47,797 nt of DNA from a virus (IMGVR_UViG_2571042438_000008), one strand, 5' to 3'. Positions 16,122 through 24,771 are shown, counted from the stretch's first letter. Made by a program: numbers and translations. The notes: generated from the sequence alone by a model not told the origin.

Positions 16122-16525
16122 TGAACGGACGTACACCAACGAAGAAAGAGAAACTTTATATACAAGCGGTGCTCACTCACGTGGGTTGCATAGCTTGCAT
16201 TATTGATGGCCGTGAAATTGAGAATCCAGAGCTGTGGACGGAGCTACATCACGATCCTGATTACGGCAGCGTTGATGAGAATTGCCACTTCCATAGCTTT
16301 GGGTTGTGCGCACCACATCATCGCGGTGTTGTGCCTGGTGGTGGGCGTGTGCCTCCGCATATTGCCGTTCGTCACCCTCCCCTGAGTAATTGTGCTCGCT
16401 TTGTTGAGCGTTATGGCACAGATGAATTTTTGTGTGCGCAGACGTGGGAGCTGTTGCCGCAGTCAGTTAAAGACGAAATTGGGTTTGATCTTAGTCTTGG
16501 TGAAGTACCAGGGGATACCAAATGA
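16121..16525 (+). CDS. HNH/Zn-finger nuclease-like protein (Ref/NinG-like, tentative)
   Basis: CxxC ... CHFH ... C ... HH spacing (GCIACII, ENCHFHSFGLCAPHHRG). Confidence 0.4.
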   Translation: MNGRTPTKKEKLYIQAVLTHVGCIACIIDGREIENPELWTELHHDPDYGSVDENCHFHSFGLCAPHHRGVVPGGGRVPPHIAVRHPPLSNCARFVERYGTDEFLCAQTWELLPQSVKDEIGFDLSLGEVPGDTK

Positions 16526-16854
16526 GATATACCGGCTTTCGCAAACCAGCGACAAGGAAAAGCAAATACGGCAATAAAAAAACGGTTGTCGATGATATCG
16601 CTTTTGATAGCAAAAAAGAGGCTGATTACTACTGCGAACTGAAGCTACTGAGAAAAGCTGGCCGCGTTGTGACGTTTCTTATGCAGGTGCCTTTTCATCT
16701 GCCAGGTGGTGTCGTTTATAAACTTGATTTCATGGTGTTTTATGACGATGGGACGATTGATTGTGTCGACACTAAAGGTGTGCGAACAGACGTCTACATC
16801 ATGAAGAAAAAGCAGGTAGAGGCGCTTTATCCCGTCACGATACGGGAGATCTGA
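16522..16854 (+). CDS. DUF1064-like putative endonuclease/resolvase (tentative)
   Basis: N-terminal KYGNKKT and downstream D..KG..T pattern recalled for this family. Confidence 0.35.
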   Translation: MRYTGFRKPATRKSKYGNKKTVVDDIAFDSKKEADYYCELKLLRKAGRVVTFLMQVPFHLPGGVVYKLDFMVFYDDGTIDCVDTKGVRTDVYIMKKKQVEALYPVTIREI

Positions 16855-16857
16855 ACA

Positions 16858-17235
16858 GTGAGACGCGATCTGGATAGCTTGTTTGAGCTATGGGCGCTGT
16901 GGGTGCGCAATGGCTGCAACGCCCGTAGCGGTTTCGCGTCGATGTTAGAAATGATGATGGTTACGCGCTGCCAGTTTACCGGAGGGGGCGGCGCACCAAA
17001 TGACTCACTGGAAACCAGTATAGAGGGAGCGGTGACGGCCCTCACGGTAGTTGATGAGACTGCGGCGCTGGTTGTCCGAATTGAATACGGGGCGTGGGAG
17101 ATTCGGGGCCTCGACATAAATGCACCGCATATTGATAAAGCCCACGCCCTTTCTCTTAGCCTCAGACAGTATCGCCGGAAGCTGGCAAAAGCCAGGGCGT
17201 ATGTTGTCGACTATTTGAAAAAGCGAAGAGAGTAA
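16858..17235 (+). CDS. Possible late-gene regulator (Q-like antiterminator candidate, weak)
   Basis: Last gene of the early operon, immediately upstream of cassette copy 2; N-terminal LFELWALWVRNG loosely resembles small Q proteins but lacks the Cys cluster. Confidence 0.3.
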   Translation: MRRDLDSLFELWALWVRNGCNARSGFASMLEMMMVTRCQFTGGGGAPNDSLETSIEGAVTALTVVDETAALVVRIEYGAWEIRGLDINAPHIDKAHALSLSLRQYRRKLAKARAYVVDYLKKRRE

Positions 17236-17286
17236 AAGTGTCATTTTGAGCTGTTTTGATGGTGTGTAGACATCGGGAACATCGAA

Positions 17287-17404
17287 AATCTATAAATATA
17301 TAATTATAGATTTATATAAAAAGTGCTTTACAGGTGGGAAAAAATTTCCTATGGTTATACCCGAAACCGAGCGATACCCGCCCTGGTTAAACCGGAGAAA
17401 TCTG
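17287..17404 (+). promoter_or_regulatory. Promoter-leader cassette, copy 2 (dyad AAATCTATA-N12-TATAGATTT, -35 TTTACA 17327-17332, -10 TATGGT 17350-17355, conserved leader, GGAGA RBS)
   Basis: Near-identical to copies 1 and 3 over ~88 bp; 17-bp spacer. Confidence 0.55.
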
Positions 17405-18472
17405 ATGAATAAACAAGTAATTATTTCTGACTGGATCAACAACCCTAACAGCCTGTTAAGCACTGATACTGGCTACCTATTACGCCATGTTAATGGTCGT
17501 ATGGTCAAAAGCGATGAGCACGAAACCTTTTTCTTTGTTGAAGACGATGGGCGTATCTATGAGGATGGTTACTCTTATGAAGCCCAAACTGGTTGTATCC
17601 CTGCGGAGCTGGTGGACGTAACAGAAGATCTGCGCAAAGCATGGCTTGAACAGCAGCAGCGCGGAGATGATTACGTAAACACCTATCAGGAACGCCAGAA
17701 CGCGCGTCTTGCCCGATATATTGCTCGTGCAGAAAAAGCCAGAAAAGAAGGTGCGGTAGCGCATAAGCGAGCGCATGACCTGTTGGATGTGATCCCGTTA
17801 GGCCAGCCGATTTTAGTTGACCATTATAGCGCGAAAGGCCATCGCCGCCGTTTGTCTAAAGCTGATGCGTTATTCAGAAAAGCGTTTGTTGAATGCGAAA
17901 GTAAAGCATCACACTACGAGAGCAAAGCCGCAGGTGTTGGTCGTAATGGAATTTCGTCTGATGATCCTGATGCGCTATTTAAGTTGCTTCGTAAGCTGCA
18001 AGGCTGCATGAAGTCACACGTCAAAATGAAGGCCGCAAATAAGGCCATTCGCAAATACAAAAAAGACCAAATACAGCAGCTTTCTGCATTAATCGATCTC
18101 AGGTTTACAGAAAGCGAAGCCAAAGAGTTACTGGCCGGAGATTTCTGTGGGCACATCGGATTCCCTTCATACGCACTGAGCAACAATAACGCCGAAATCA
18201 AACGACTACAGAGCCGTATTAAGGAGCTTGAATCGGTCAAGTCTGTAACAGGAGCACAGCGCGAAGAATACGACGGCTTTTCTATGGAGATAGATCCAGA
18301 GGATAACCGCATCCTGTTTTATTTCCCTGGCAAACCAGAGGCAAACATTCGTTCGCTGCTTAAATCACGCGCCTTTAAGTGGAGTCCAACCCGTAATGCA
18401 TGGGTTCGCAAGATTACTCCAAACGCCCTGGCTGATGCCCGATATCTAAAAGAATCGCTATTGAAAGCCTGA
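17405..18472 (+). CDS. Large hypothetical protein (355 aa), first gene after cassette copy 2
   Basis: Start set at ATG 17405 (GGAGA RBS); the upstream ATG 17351 lies in the conserved leader. Confidence 0.6.
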   Translation: MNKQVIISDWINNPNSLLSTDTGYLLRHVNGRMVKSDEHETFFFVEDDGRIYEDGYSYEAQTGCIPAELVDVTEDLRKAWLEQQQRGDDYVNTYQERQNARLARYIARAEKARKEGAVAHKRAHDLLDVIPLGQPILVDHYSAKGHRRRLSKADALFRKAFVECESKASHYESKAAGVGRNGISSDDPDALFKLLRKLQGCMKSHVKMKAANKAIRKYKKDQIQQLSALIDLRFTESEAKELLAGDFCGHIGFPSYALSNNNAEIKRLQSRIKELESVKSVTGAQREEYDGFSMEIDPEDNRILFYFPGKPEANIRSLLKSRAFKWSPTRNAWVRKITPNALADARYLKESLLKA

Positions 18473-18482
18473 CAGTAAGCCT

Positions 18483-18504
18483 ACGGCGGGACGTCTCCCG
18501 CCGT
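18483..18504 (+). terminator. GC-rich hairpin after 17405..18472
   Basis: CGGCGGGA-CGTC-TCCCGCCG stem-loop; weak U tract. Confidence 0.35.
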
Positions 18505-18528
18505 ATATAGAATTATATATTTATACAA

Positions 18529-18831
18529 ATGTATAAGGACGCCTCGACAATGAAACGCAAAATTATTAACCCCCAAGATGTGATTAATTTCCTGACCGAT
18601 CACCCATGTTCAAAAGTGGACGTAATCGCGGAGCACATTGGTGTGTCGCAGAACTCTATGCGTTGCAGACTGAGAAGCATGGTTGCCGAAGGACAGATAA
18701 CAACCAGGAAAATAAATGGTTGCCTGTACTACTCCGCTAAACCGGAATTGCCATTTGGCATGAATCCTAACTCCATGTTGTTTAACACCTTATTAGCCAA
18801 AGTTAAGCCGTTGAGAGGGGCTGTGGCATGA
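18529..18831 (+). CDS. Putative winged-HTH protein
   Basis: 100-aa ORF; DVIAEHIGVSQNSMRCRLRSM resembles an HTH. Confidence 0.4.
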   Translation: MYKDASTMKRKIINPQDVINFLTDHPCSKVDVIAEHIGVSQNSMRCRLRSMVAEGQITTRKINGCLYYSAKPELPFGMNPNSMLFNTLLAKVKPLRGAVA

Positions 18832-19193
18832 GCATCAAAACCCATACCGGAATAATCATTACCAATGATGGTGAGAAAAGAGTGAAGTTGCGCGAAACGC
18901 CGACAACCTGGTGTGTTGGTCCGAAAGAAACATATCGCAAGGAAGATGGCCGTCGTTGTGGGGCACCACTTTCCCGCCGTCGCCTCCTTTTGAGCACGAT
19001 AAAACCTATCGGGCAGGTTGAGCAACCAACGACTCCGGTAACGAAGATTTCAGACAAGAGTCTGGCAAACCTGATCGCTGATGCGGACAAGGTGCTGGAG
19101 CGGAACACCCCCGTTGCAGATGAGGAATGGTGGCAGGATTTCCGAGCCGCAATGCTAGAGCTTCAGGAACGTCGTCGGGAGGAGTTGAAGTGA
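18828..19193 (+). CDS. Hypothetical protein
   Basis: 121-aa ORF, coupled to neighbours. Confidence 0.4.
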   Translation: MSIKTHTGIIITNDGEKRVKLRETPTTWCVGPKETYRKEDGRRCGAPLSRRRLLLSTIKPIGQVEQPTTPVTKISDKSLANLIADADKVLERNTPVADEEWWQDFRAAMLELQERRREELK

Positions 19194-19381
19194 GCAAGAA
19201 AAATGCCGGATGGGTCAGGCCAATGAAGGCGAATAAACATCATTATTTTAATGAAGGTGAAGTAACCAGCATTTGCGGCCGTTGGATGTATTTTGGTGAT
19301 TACCGTGAGCCAGACACTTTTGAGAGTCCTGATGATTGCGTGTCTTGTCGCCGGAAATTGAACAAGGTGGCTTCTAAATGA
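19190..19381 (+). CDS. Small Cys-containing protein (possible Zn ribbon)
   Basis: GTG start overlapping the upstream stop; C..C ... C..C spacing (SICGRW ... DCVSCRRK). Confidence 0.35.
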   Translation: MSKKNAGWVRPMKANKHHYFNEGEVTSICGRWMYFGDYREPDTFESPDDCVSCRRKLNKVASK

Positions 19382-19989
19382 AAGAACGTGGTGTTGTTTT
19401 TAATGACGATATGGTTAGGGCCATCCTCGAAGGAAGGAAGACGCAGACTCGCCGACCTGTAAAAAATGTCAGGGCCGATAACTGCCTGGTTATCCGTAAA
19501 CCGACAAAGAAACGCAATGGTGTCTATACCCACGTTATGGATGCACTGGAACATGGTTTATGCCCGTTCGGTAACGTTGGTGATCGCATATGGGTCCGTG
19601 AAACATTCAACGCTTTTTGGCTGGATAACGATGTCATTCAGGAAATCAAAGATGGTGTCTCTCTGGCTTCTGAACTGTGTGATTACAAGGCTGATTACTC
19701 AGATAGTAGCAAGCCAGCTGAGGGCTGGACCCCGTCGATTCACATGCCGCGCTGGGCTTCGCGTATTTTGCTGGAAATTACCGACGTGCGTGTGGAGCGG
19801 CTGCATGACATGAGCGAGGCAGATGCTAAAGCAGAAGGCGCATCTCCGGTGACGTACAAGATTACACCGCCGGAAGCTGTTTATCGCGTTGGCTTTGGTG
19901 ATATCTGGCGCGGTATTTACGGGCAAGAGAACTGGCTATCTAACCCGTGGGTATGGGTAATTGAGTTTAAGCGTATTAAGGAAGCATAA
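19378..19989 (+). CDS. ASCH/PUA-like domain protein (tentative)
   Basis: N-terminal FNDDMVRAILEGRKTQTRRP resembles the ASCH GxKxxExR motif region. Confidence 0.35.
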   Translation: MKERGVVFNDDMVRAILEGRKTQTRRPVKNVRADNCLVIRKPTKKRNGVYTHVMDALEHGLCPFGNVGDRIWVRETFNAFWLDNDVIQEIKDGVSLASELCDYKADYSDSSKPAEGWTPSIHMPRWASRILLEITDVRVERLHDMSEADAKAEGASPVTYKITPPEAVYRVGFGDIWRGIYGQENWLSNPWVWVIEFKRIKEA

Positions 19990-19991
19990 CT

Positions 19992-20336
19992 ATGAGCAAA
20001 TCACTTAACGCACGCTGCATCCGTCGCTGGACCGTCGAATTTAAAGGCCGCTGCGACTCAAAATATAGCCCGTATTGGCGTAAGCGCGACCTGCGGGGGT
20101 ACATCCGTGAGGTTGCACTGAACACCGCGGATTGCATGGTCGAGCGTATGGCCGAGGATAATGCGATGGTAGATTTTCAGGGGGCTAATCGAGGATGGTC
20201 GCCGGAGTTCTCAGCCTGGTACCACGAACGCCGTGAACAGTATCTCAAAGAGGCGCGCGACCATCTGAACGAAGACGCCACCAATGACGAGGTTGACGAG
20301 GAGATTCAGAACGAGCTGGAGGCCTGGAATGACTAA
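19992..20336 (+). CDS. Hypothetical protein with acidic C-terminus
   Basis: 114-aa ORF. Confidence 0.4.
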   Translation: MSKSLNARCIRRWTVEFKGRCDSKYSPYWRKRDLRGYIREVALNTADCMVERMAEDNAMVDFQGANRGWSPEFSAWYHERREQYLKEARDHLNEDATNDEVDEEIQNELEAWND

Positions 20337-21045
20337 CAGCACAGCAATTAACTATCAGGCACTACGTGAGATAGCAAAACAGGCAACACAAGGCGAATGG
20401 GTCGCATTTATTTCGTCGGGTACTGGTACATATGCGGTGCATACACCCGGTGATAAACGATGTGAAGACGTTATCAAATGGACCGGCTTTGACGGACAGA
20501 AAAACGCAGAGAACAACGCTCGTTATATCGCAGCTTTCAACCCAGAAGTAGTGCAGGCGTTGCTGAATGAACGGGAAGCACAAAGCAAACGCATTGCTGA
20601 ACTGGAGGCCAGTCGTGCGGCGCTGGCGGCGGAGAATGCAGGGCTTAAGGCGATATGTGATGACCGTCGCAGGTTCATCATGAATGGGGTGCAGACGGGT
20701 TATATCAAGGTGCCAACAGCGGAAACAGCTCCAGACCTTGAGACAATTCGCATTGCTATATCACCACAAAAGCCCATTCCAGCCACCGATGCTTTCCTGG
20801 CTGAAATACGTGCGGAGGCACGCAACGAGGGGATTAACTACACCGCAAGCCGTCTTGCTGCTGCGTTCAATCACGGATTTATCAATAAGTCTTTGCGTGA
20901 AGTTTTCGACGTTACACGCATGATTTTGTCAGCGAAAGAAGAGTTGGCTAATGAACCGCACCCGATTGATGGCCTGTCCGGTGAATATGCGGAGAAATCT
21001 CTTGAGGAGTGGGCGGAACAGATTCGTAAAGGAGGCGACAAGTGA
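20332..21045 (+). CDS. Ead/Ea22-like protein (tentative)
   Basis: N-terminal QALREIAKQATQGEWVAF plus a central coiled-coil-like segment; start set at ATG 20332. Confidence 0.45.
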   Translation, partial: TNSTAINYQALREIAKQATQGEWVAFISSGTGTYAVHTPGDKRCEDVIKWTGFDGQKNAENNARYIAAFNPEVVQALLNEREAQSKRIAELEASRAALAAENAGLKAICDDRRRFIMNGVQTGYIKVPTAETAPDLETIRIAISPQKPIPATDAFLAEIRAEARNEGINYTASRLAAAFNHGFINKSLREVFDVTRMILSAKEELANEPHPIDGLSGEYAEKSLEEWAEQIRKGGDK

Positions 21046-21233
21046 GCAATTTAGCGAGGCTACGAGCAGTATTTAGATATTCAGAGCGGGTAATGAGGCA
21101 CATACAACCGAAAACATGGCAGAAATTGGATTCTGTGGGAGTTAAGTTGGAGAAGATTACTCAACTTAAGCAGTGGAATATCGGCGAATATTATGGAAGT
21201 CCTGGTCGGGATGTTCAGTTGGTAAAAAGTTGA
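21042..21233 (+). CDS. Hypothetical small protein
   Basis: 63-aa ORF. Confidence 0.3.
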   Translation: MSNLARLRAVFRYSERVMRHIQPKTWQKLDSVGVKLEKITQLKQWNIGEYYGSPGRDVQLVKS

Positions 21234-21379
21234 ACATTGCTTTTTTATTGATCGATTAACCACGATATGAAGGTTTTTTTATGGGGAAACCTTGTTTTAG
21301 GTGGTAACTGGGTGTAGTGTTTCATTTAACGTAGTAAAACTGCGTTAAGCGATTACCGCGTAATTTGTTGCTTTATGAA

Positions 21380-21410
21380 GCCCTGCCTTTTTCGGCGGGG
21401 CTTTTTTTTT
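21380..21410 (+). terminator. Strong intrinsic terminator immediately upstream of the lysis cassette
   Basis: GCCCTGCC-TTTTTC-GGCGGGGC stem-loop followed by T9. Confidence 0.8.
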
Positions 21411-21423
21411 AACGAGGATTTCA

Positions 21424-21819
21424 ATGTCAGCAGAACCAATTTCCGGTACGGCCGTTGCTGCTGGTGGCCTGATGGGTGCCAGCGTTTTTGGTATTGCAAC
21501 TGGTATTGATTACGGCGTTGTATTCGGGGCATTTGCTGGCGCTGTTTTCTATGTTGCTACAGCGGTGAATATTAGCCGTCTCAAGCTGATTGGCTATTTC
21601 TTTACATCGTTCATTGTTGGAGTGATTGGAGCGCCGTTAGTTGGCTCATTTCTTGCTAAATGGACCAGCTACAACGATCGTCCTCTGGATGCGCTTGGTG
21701 CGGTTATTGTGGCTGCATTGACCATTAAAATCCTCACGTTCGTAAACAGCCAGGATCTCGGTAGCATCTTTGGAATGCTTTCCCGCTTACGTGGAGGGGG
21801 TTCAAATGGTAAGCAGTGA
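21424..21819 (+). CDS. Holin-like membrane protein
   Basis: 131 aa, several hydrophobic segments, first gene of the lysis cluster. Confidence 0.55.
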   Translation: MSAEPISGTAVAAGGLMGASVFGIATGIDYGVVFGAFAGAVFYVATAVNISRLKLIGYFFTSFIVGVIGAPLVGSFLAKWTSYNDRPLDALGAVIVAALTIKILTFVNSQDLGSIFGMLSRLRGGGSNGKQ

Positions 21820-22102
21820 CCCGTCAGCACTGATTAATGCGGTGCTTTGCACAGTAATAGTAATGGCGCTGATGCTTTATCGACGGAAAGACTCCAGGCA
21901 TCGTCCATTTGTTTCCTTTCTGGCTTATATTTACGTCATTGTATACGCCAATGTTCCCTTCCGTTATGTGTTCGGTCTTTATCAAGAATCCCACTGGCTG
22001 GTGGTTATTGGAAATCTGATTATCTGCATCGTTGTTCTGTATTTCAGGGGCAATCTGGCGCGGATAGTTGACGCATTAGGGTTTAATCATGACCAAAGAT
22101 GA
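21806..22102 (+). CDS. Second small membrane protein (holin/antiholin candidate)
   Basis: Hydrophobic segments; start set at ATG 21806 (GGAGG RBS) inside track ORF 21770..22102. Confidence 0.45.
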   Translation: MVSSDPSALINAVLCTVIVMALMLYRRKDSRHRPFVSFLAYIYVIVYANVPFRYVFGLYQESHWLVVIGNLIICIVVLYFRGNLARIVDALGFNHDQR

Positions 22103-22631
22103 GATTTTTAACAGCGTTCTTGGAAAAGAGGGCGGCTATGTGGATCACCCTGACGACAAGGGAGGCCCAACAAAGTGGGGCATTACTCAGAACACTGCCC
22201 GTGCTCATGGATACCGTGGCGATATGCGCGATTTAACCCGCGAACAGGCACTGGAAATCCTTGAGGCTGATTACTGGTACGGACCACGCTTTGATCAGGT
22301 GGCCGCATTATCCTCTGATATTGCCGCAGAGCTGTGTGATACCGGTGTGAATATGGGGCCAACAGTGGCGTCCAAAATGCTTCAACGCTGGCTGAATGTG
22401 TTCAATCTGCGTGGGAAGCTGTATCCCGATTTGGATGCAGATGGACGAATCGGTCCACGTACCATTAATGCGCTGCGTGCTTATCTTGGGAATCGGGGAA
22501 AAGACGGCGAACGGGTGATGCTGACGTCGCTGAACTGTACGCAGGGCGAACGCTATCTGGAGCTGGCGGAGAAGCGCGAGGCGAATGAGTCGTTTGTCTA
22601 CGGCTGGATGAAAGAGCGAGTGGTGGTATGA
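22089..22631 (+). CDS. Endolysin, glycoside hydrolase family 108 type with C-terminal peptidoglycan-binding region
   Basis: N-terminal EGGYVDHPDDKGGPTKWGIT motif characteristic of GH108. Confidence 0.8.
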   Translation: MTKDEIFNSVLGKEGGYVDHPDDKGGPTKWGITQNTARAHGYRGDMRDLTREQALEILEADYWYGPRFDQVAALSSDIAAELCDTGVNMGPTVASKMLQRWLNVFNLRGKLYPDLDADGRIGPRTINALRAYLGNRGKDGERVMLTSLNCTQGERYLELAEKREANESFVYGWMKERVVV

Positions 22632-22906
22632 CTGGTTTGAAGGCCGTTTTGTCATTTATTGGCACAATTATATTGGTTGCATTCGGCGCGTTTGGTTTTG
22701 GTCGTATGAAGGGGCGAGAAAAGGCCGAAGATGAAGCTGAAAAGCAGCGCATTAATGAGAATGCAGCCGCCGTAAAAGCCACTGCGGAGCGGCGTATAGA
22801 AGTGACAAAAGAGGTGGGGAATGTACATCAGAGTGTTAACCATATGGCTGATGACGATGTTGATCGCGAGCTGCGGGAGTCGTGGAAGCGTCCCGGTGGT
22901 GGTTGA
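22628..22906 (+). CDS. i-spanin (Rz-like)
   Basis: N-terminal transmembrane segment then a charged coiled-coil-like region; follows the endolysin. Confidence 0.55.
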   Translation: MTGLKAVLSFIGTIILVAFGAFGFGRMKGREKAEDEAEKQRINENAAAVKATAERRIEVTKEVGNVHQSVNHMADDDVDRELRESWKRPGGG

Positions 22907-23030
22907 TACCGCCTGTGATTGGGTAAAGCCCATCTACCTGACTGATCACGATATCGATGTTATGGACCGCCAGACAAAGAAAGATATTCTGGCTCATAAC
23001 AGGGCATGGGAAATCAACTGCCCCAAGTAA
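22821..23030 (+). CDS. o-spanin (Rz1-like lipoprotein), partly nested in the i-spanin gene in the +1 frame
   Basis: Lipobox LIASC after a hydrophobic N-terminus; starts inside 22628..22906. Confidence 0.6.
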   Translation: MYIRVLTIWLMTMLIASCGSRGSVPVVVDTACDWVKPIYLTDHDIDVMDRQTKKDILAHNRAWEINCPK

Positions 23031-23199
23031 TATATATTTCTATAATTATATAAATATATAGTTACAACATTCTATGCGCTTTTCTCATGGGCGCACGCAT
23101 CAACCATGTTTGTCTGATATGCCGCCGCGCCCAAAAATCCTGAATTTATTGGCTGGGATTTTCGTGCGCGGCGCCACACCAGACAAACAGATCAAATAT

Positions 23200-23275
23200 G
23201 GCCCCTTAGCTCAGTGGTTAGAGCAGGCGACTCATAATCGCACGGTCATCGGTTCAAATCCGGTAGGGGCCACCA
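23200..23275 (+). tRNA. tRNA with CAU anticodon (Met or Ile2/lysidine type), 76 nt including CCA
   Basis: Cloverleaf elements readable: acceptor GGCCCCT/AGGGGCC, D-arm AGCTCAGTGGTTAGAGC, anticodon loop CTCATAA, T-arm GGTTCAAATCC, 3' CCA; close to E. coli tRNA-Ile2 as recalled. Confidence 0.85.
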
Positions 23276-23482
23276 ATTCACTCTCACACATAAAGATAAG
23301 CGCGGTGGAGTTACTTCCTTCGTGCTCATCTTTATGCGTGCCTGGTGCGCATTTCGGGCGAACGTGGGGCTAAGTTACAGGCAGGGCCTGTTATCCGCAA
23401 AGGGGTAAAAGCTGGAGCGGCACGGAACTGTAGCCGTGTTACCAAAACAGCGTTGTCGGGCGATATCCGGCACACAACAGGC

Positions 23483-23515
23483 AAGGGCATTAATCAGTCT
23501 GGTTAGTGCCCTTTT
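23483..23515 (+). terminator. Hairpin in the tRNA-distal noncoding region
   Basis: AAGGGCA ... TGCCCTT stem followed by TTTTCG. Confidence 0.35.
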
Positions 23516-23583
23516 CGTTGTGTCTGCTGTAGAGCTGGCCAGCGTTATGACTGCCGGAGATCAGCGCCGGAGGCACAACTAAC

Positions 23584-24171
23584 ATGGAGGCAATTGCATT
23601 GTTTAATCTGATTTATGCAGATCCCCCCTGGGAATACAAAGATAAGTGTAAGGATGGGAATCGTGGAGCTGGTTTTAAGTATCCAACGATGAAAGCTGAG
23701 GATATTGCTCGTATTCCTGTCTGGCAGCTTGCTAATCCTGAATCGTGTTTGTTGGCCATGTGGTGGGTTCCGACTCAGCCAGAAGAAGCGTTGCTGGTGG
23801 TGAAAGCATGGGGATTCAGGCTTATGACCATGAAGGGCTTCACATGGAACAAATGTGGTAGCCGACAACCAGATAAGCTGGTGATGGGGATGGGGCATAT
23901 GACTCGTGCAAACAGTGAAGATTGCTTGTTTGCGGTAAAAGGCAAATTGCCGACCCGCCTTGATGCGGGGATCATTCAGTCGTTTACATCGCCTCGTCTG
24001 GAGCATTCTCGGAAGCCTGATGTGGTTCGTGACAAGCTGGTAAGGCTGTTAGGTGATGTTCCTCGTATTGAGCTGTTTTCTCGCGGTGATTTACCTGATG
24101 GTTGGCATGGCTGGGGCAACCAGTGCAATGGAGGTATCCAGTTGCATGATGCTCTCTGGCAAGTGGCATAA
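23584..24171 (+). CDS. MT-A70-family N6-adenine methyltransferase
   Basis: DPPW motif (LIYADPPWEY) and family-typical N-terminal layout. Confidence 0.8.
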   Translation: MEAIALFNLIYADPPWEYKDKCKDGNRGAGFKYPTMKAEDIARIPVWQLANPESCLLAMWWVPTQPEEALLVVKAWGFRLMTMKGFTWNKCGSRQPDKLVMGMGHMTRANSEDCLFAVKGKLPTRLDAGIIQSFTSPRLEHSRKPDVVRDKLVRLLGDVPRIELFSRGDLPDGWHGWGNQCNGGIQLHDALWQVA

Positions 24172-24282
24172 AATTATATAATTATATATTTATATAAAAA
24201 GTGCTTTACAGGTGGGAAAAAATTTCCTATGGTTATACCCGAAACCGAGCGATACCCGCCCTGGTTAAACCGGAGAAATCTG
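24171..24282 (+). promoter_or_regulatory. Promoter-leader cassette, copy 3 (-35 TTTACA 24205-24210, -10 TATGGT 24228-24233, conserved leader, GGAGA RBS)
   Basis: Near-identical to copies 1 and 2. Confidence 0.55.
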
Positions 24283-24552
24283 ATGAAAGTACAAGACCGT
24301 GAAGTAGTAAAAAACCTCCTGCAATACCTGACCTCAAAAAACCTGACGGGCAGCGTTGAGTTCCGTGAAGCGTTAAAACATTTCAACGTCACTACGGTTT
24401 ATCGTTGGGAAAACAAACATTCTGAAAGACCGTATGTGGTGGATGTTTTTGCGCCTGATATTGAGTGCGGTTTTGAGCGTCATTCGTTCAAGGAGAAACA
24501 TTCTGCTGATTTTTTTTGTGAGGTTGTATGTGCGGCAGGAGATGATGAGTGA
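24283..24552 (+). CDS. Hypothetical protein (90 aa), first gene after cassette copy 3
   Basis: Start set at ATG 24283; the upstream ATG 24229 lies in the conserved leader. Confidence 0.5.
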   Translation: MKVQDREVVKNLLQYLTSKNLTGSVEFREALKHFNVTTVYRWENKHSERPYVVDVFAPDIECGFERHSFKEKHSADFFCEVVCAAGDDE

Positions 24553-24749
24553 TGCGTATTTCCTTCAAACGTGCGACTGAGCAGCAACGCAAAGAGTTCC
24601 TGGCTGATGATGTTGCGGCCGTTTATGACCTCATGAAAGAGGTTGTGGAATCAGGGAACTACACGGCGGCAAAGATGCTTAAACTGCAATTCTTGCTGGG
24701 CGACCTGAAATACAAATCCGAAGTTGTCGCCGGACGACGCGAGCATTAA
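24549..24749 (+). CDS. Hypothetical small protein
   Basis: 66-aa ORF overlapping the upstream stop. Confidence 0.4.
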   Translation: MMRISFKRATEQQRKEFLADDVAAVYDLMKEVVESGNYTAAKMLKLQFLLGDLKYKSEVVAGRREH

Positions 24750-24771
24750 ACCGTAACGATAACGAACAACG

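Noticed and set aside
17351-17404. Upstream ATGs (17351, 24229, 8394) that would give genes at 17405 and 24283 an identical N-terminus MVIPETERYPPWLNRRNL
   Set aside because: The ATG lies inside the conserved -10-like TATGGT with no RBS, whereas a GGAGA RBS precedes the downstream ATG in all three copies; the shared sequence is better explained as a conserved promoter-leader than as coding.
21255-21275. Additional operator half-site ACCACGATATGAAGG upstream of the lysis terminator
   Set aside because: Only the left arm matches ACCAC-N5-GTGGT; the right arm is not conserved.
23074-23373. 99-aa ORF on the plus strand
   Set aside because: It overlaps the tRNA gene (23200-23275) and has no RBS; spurious.
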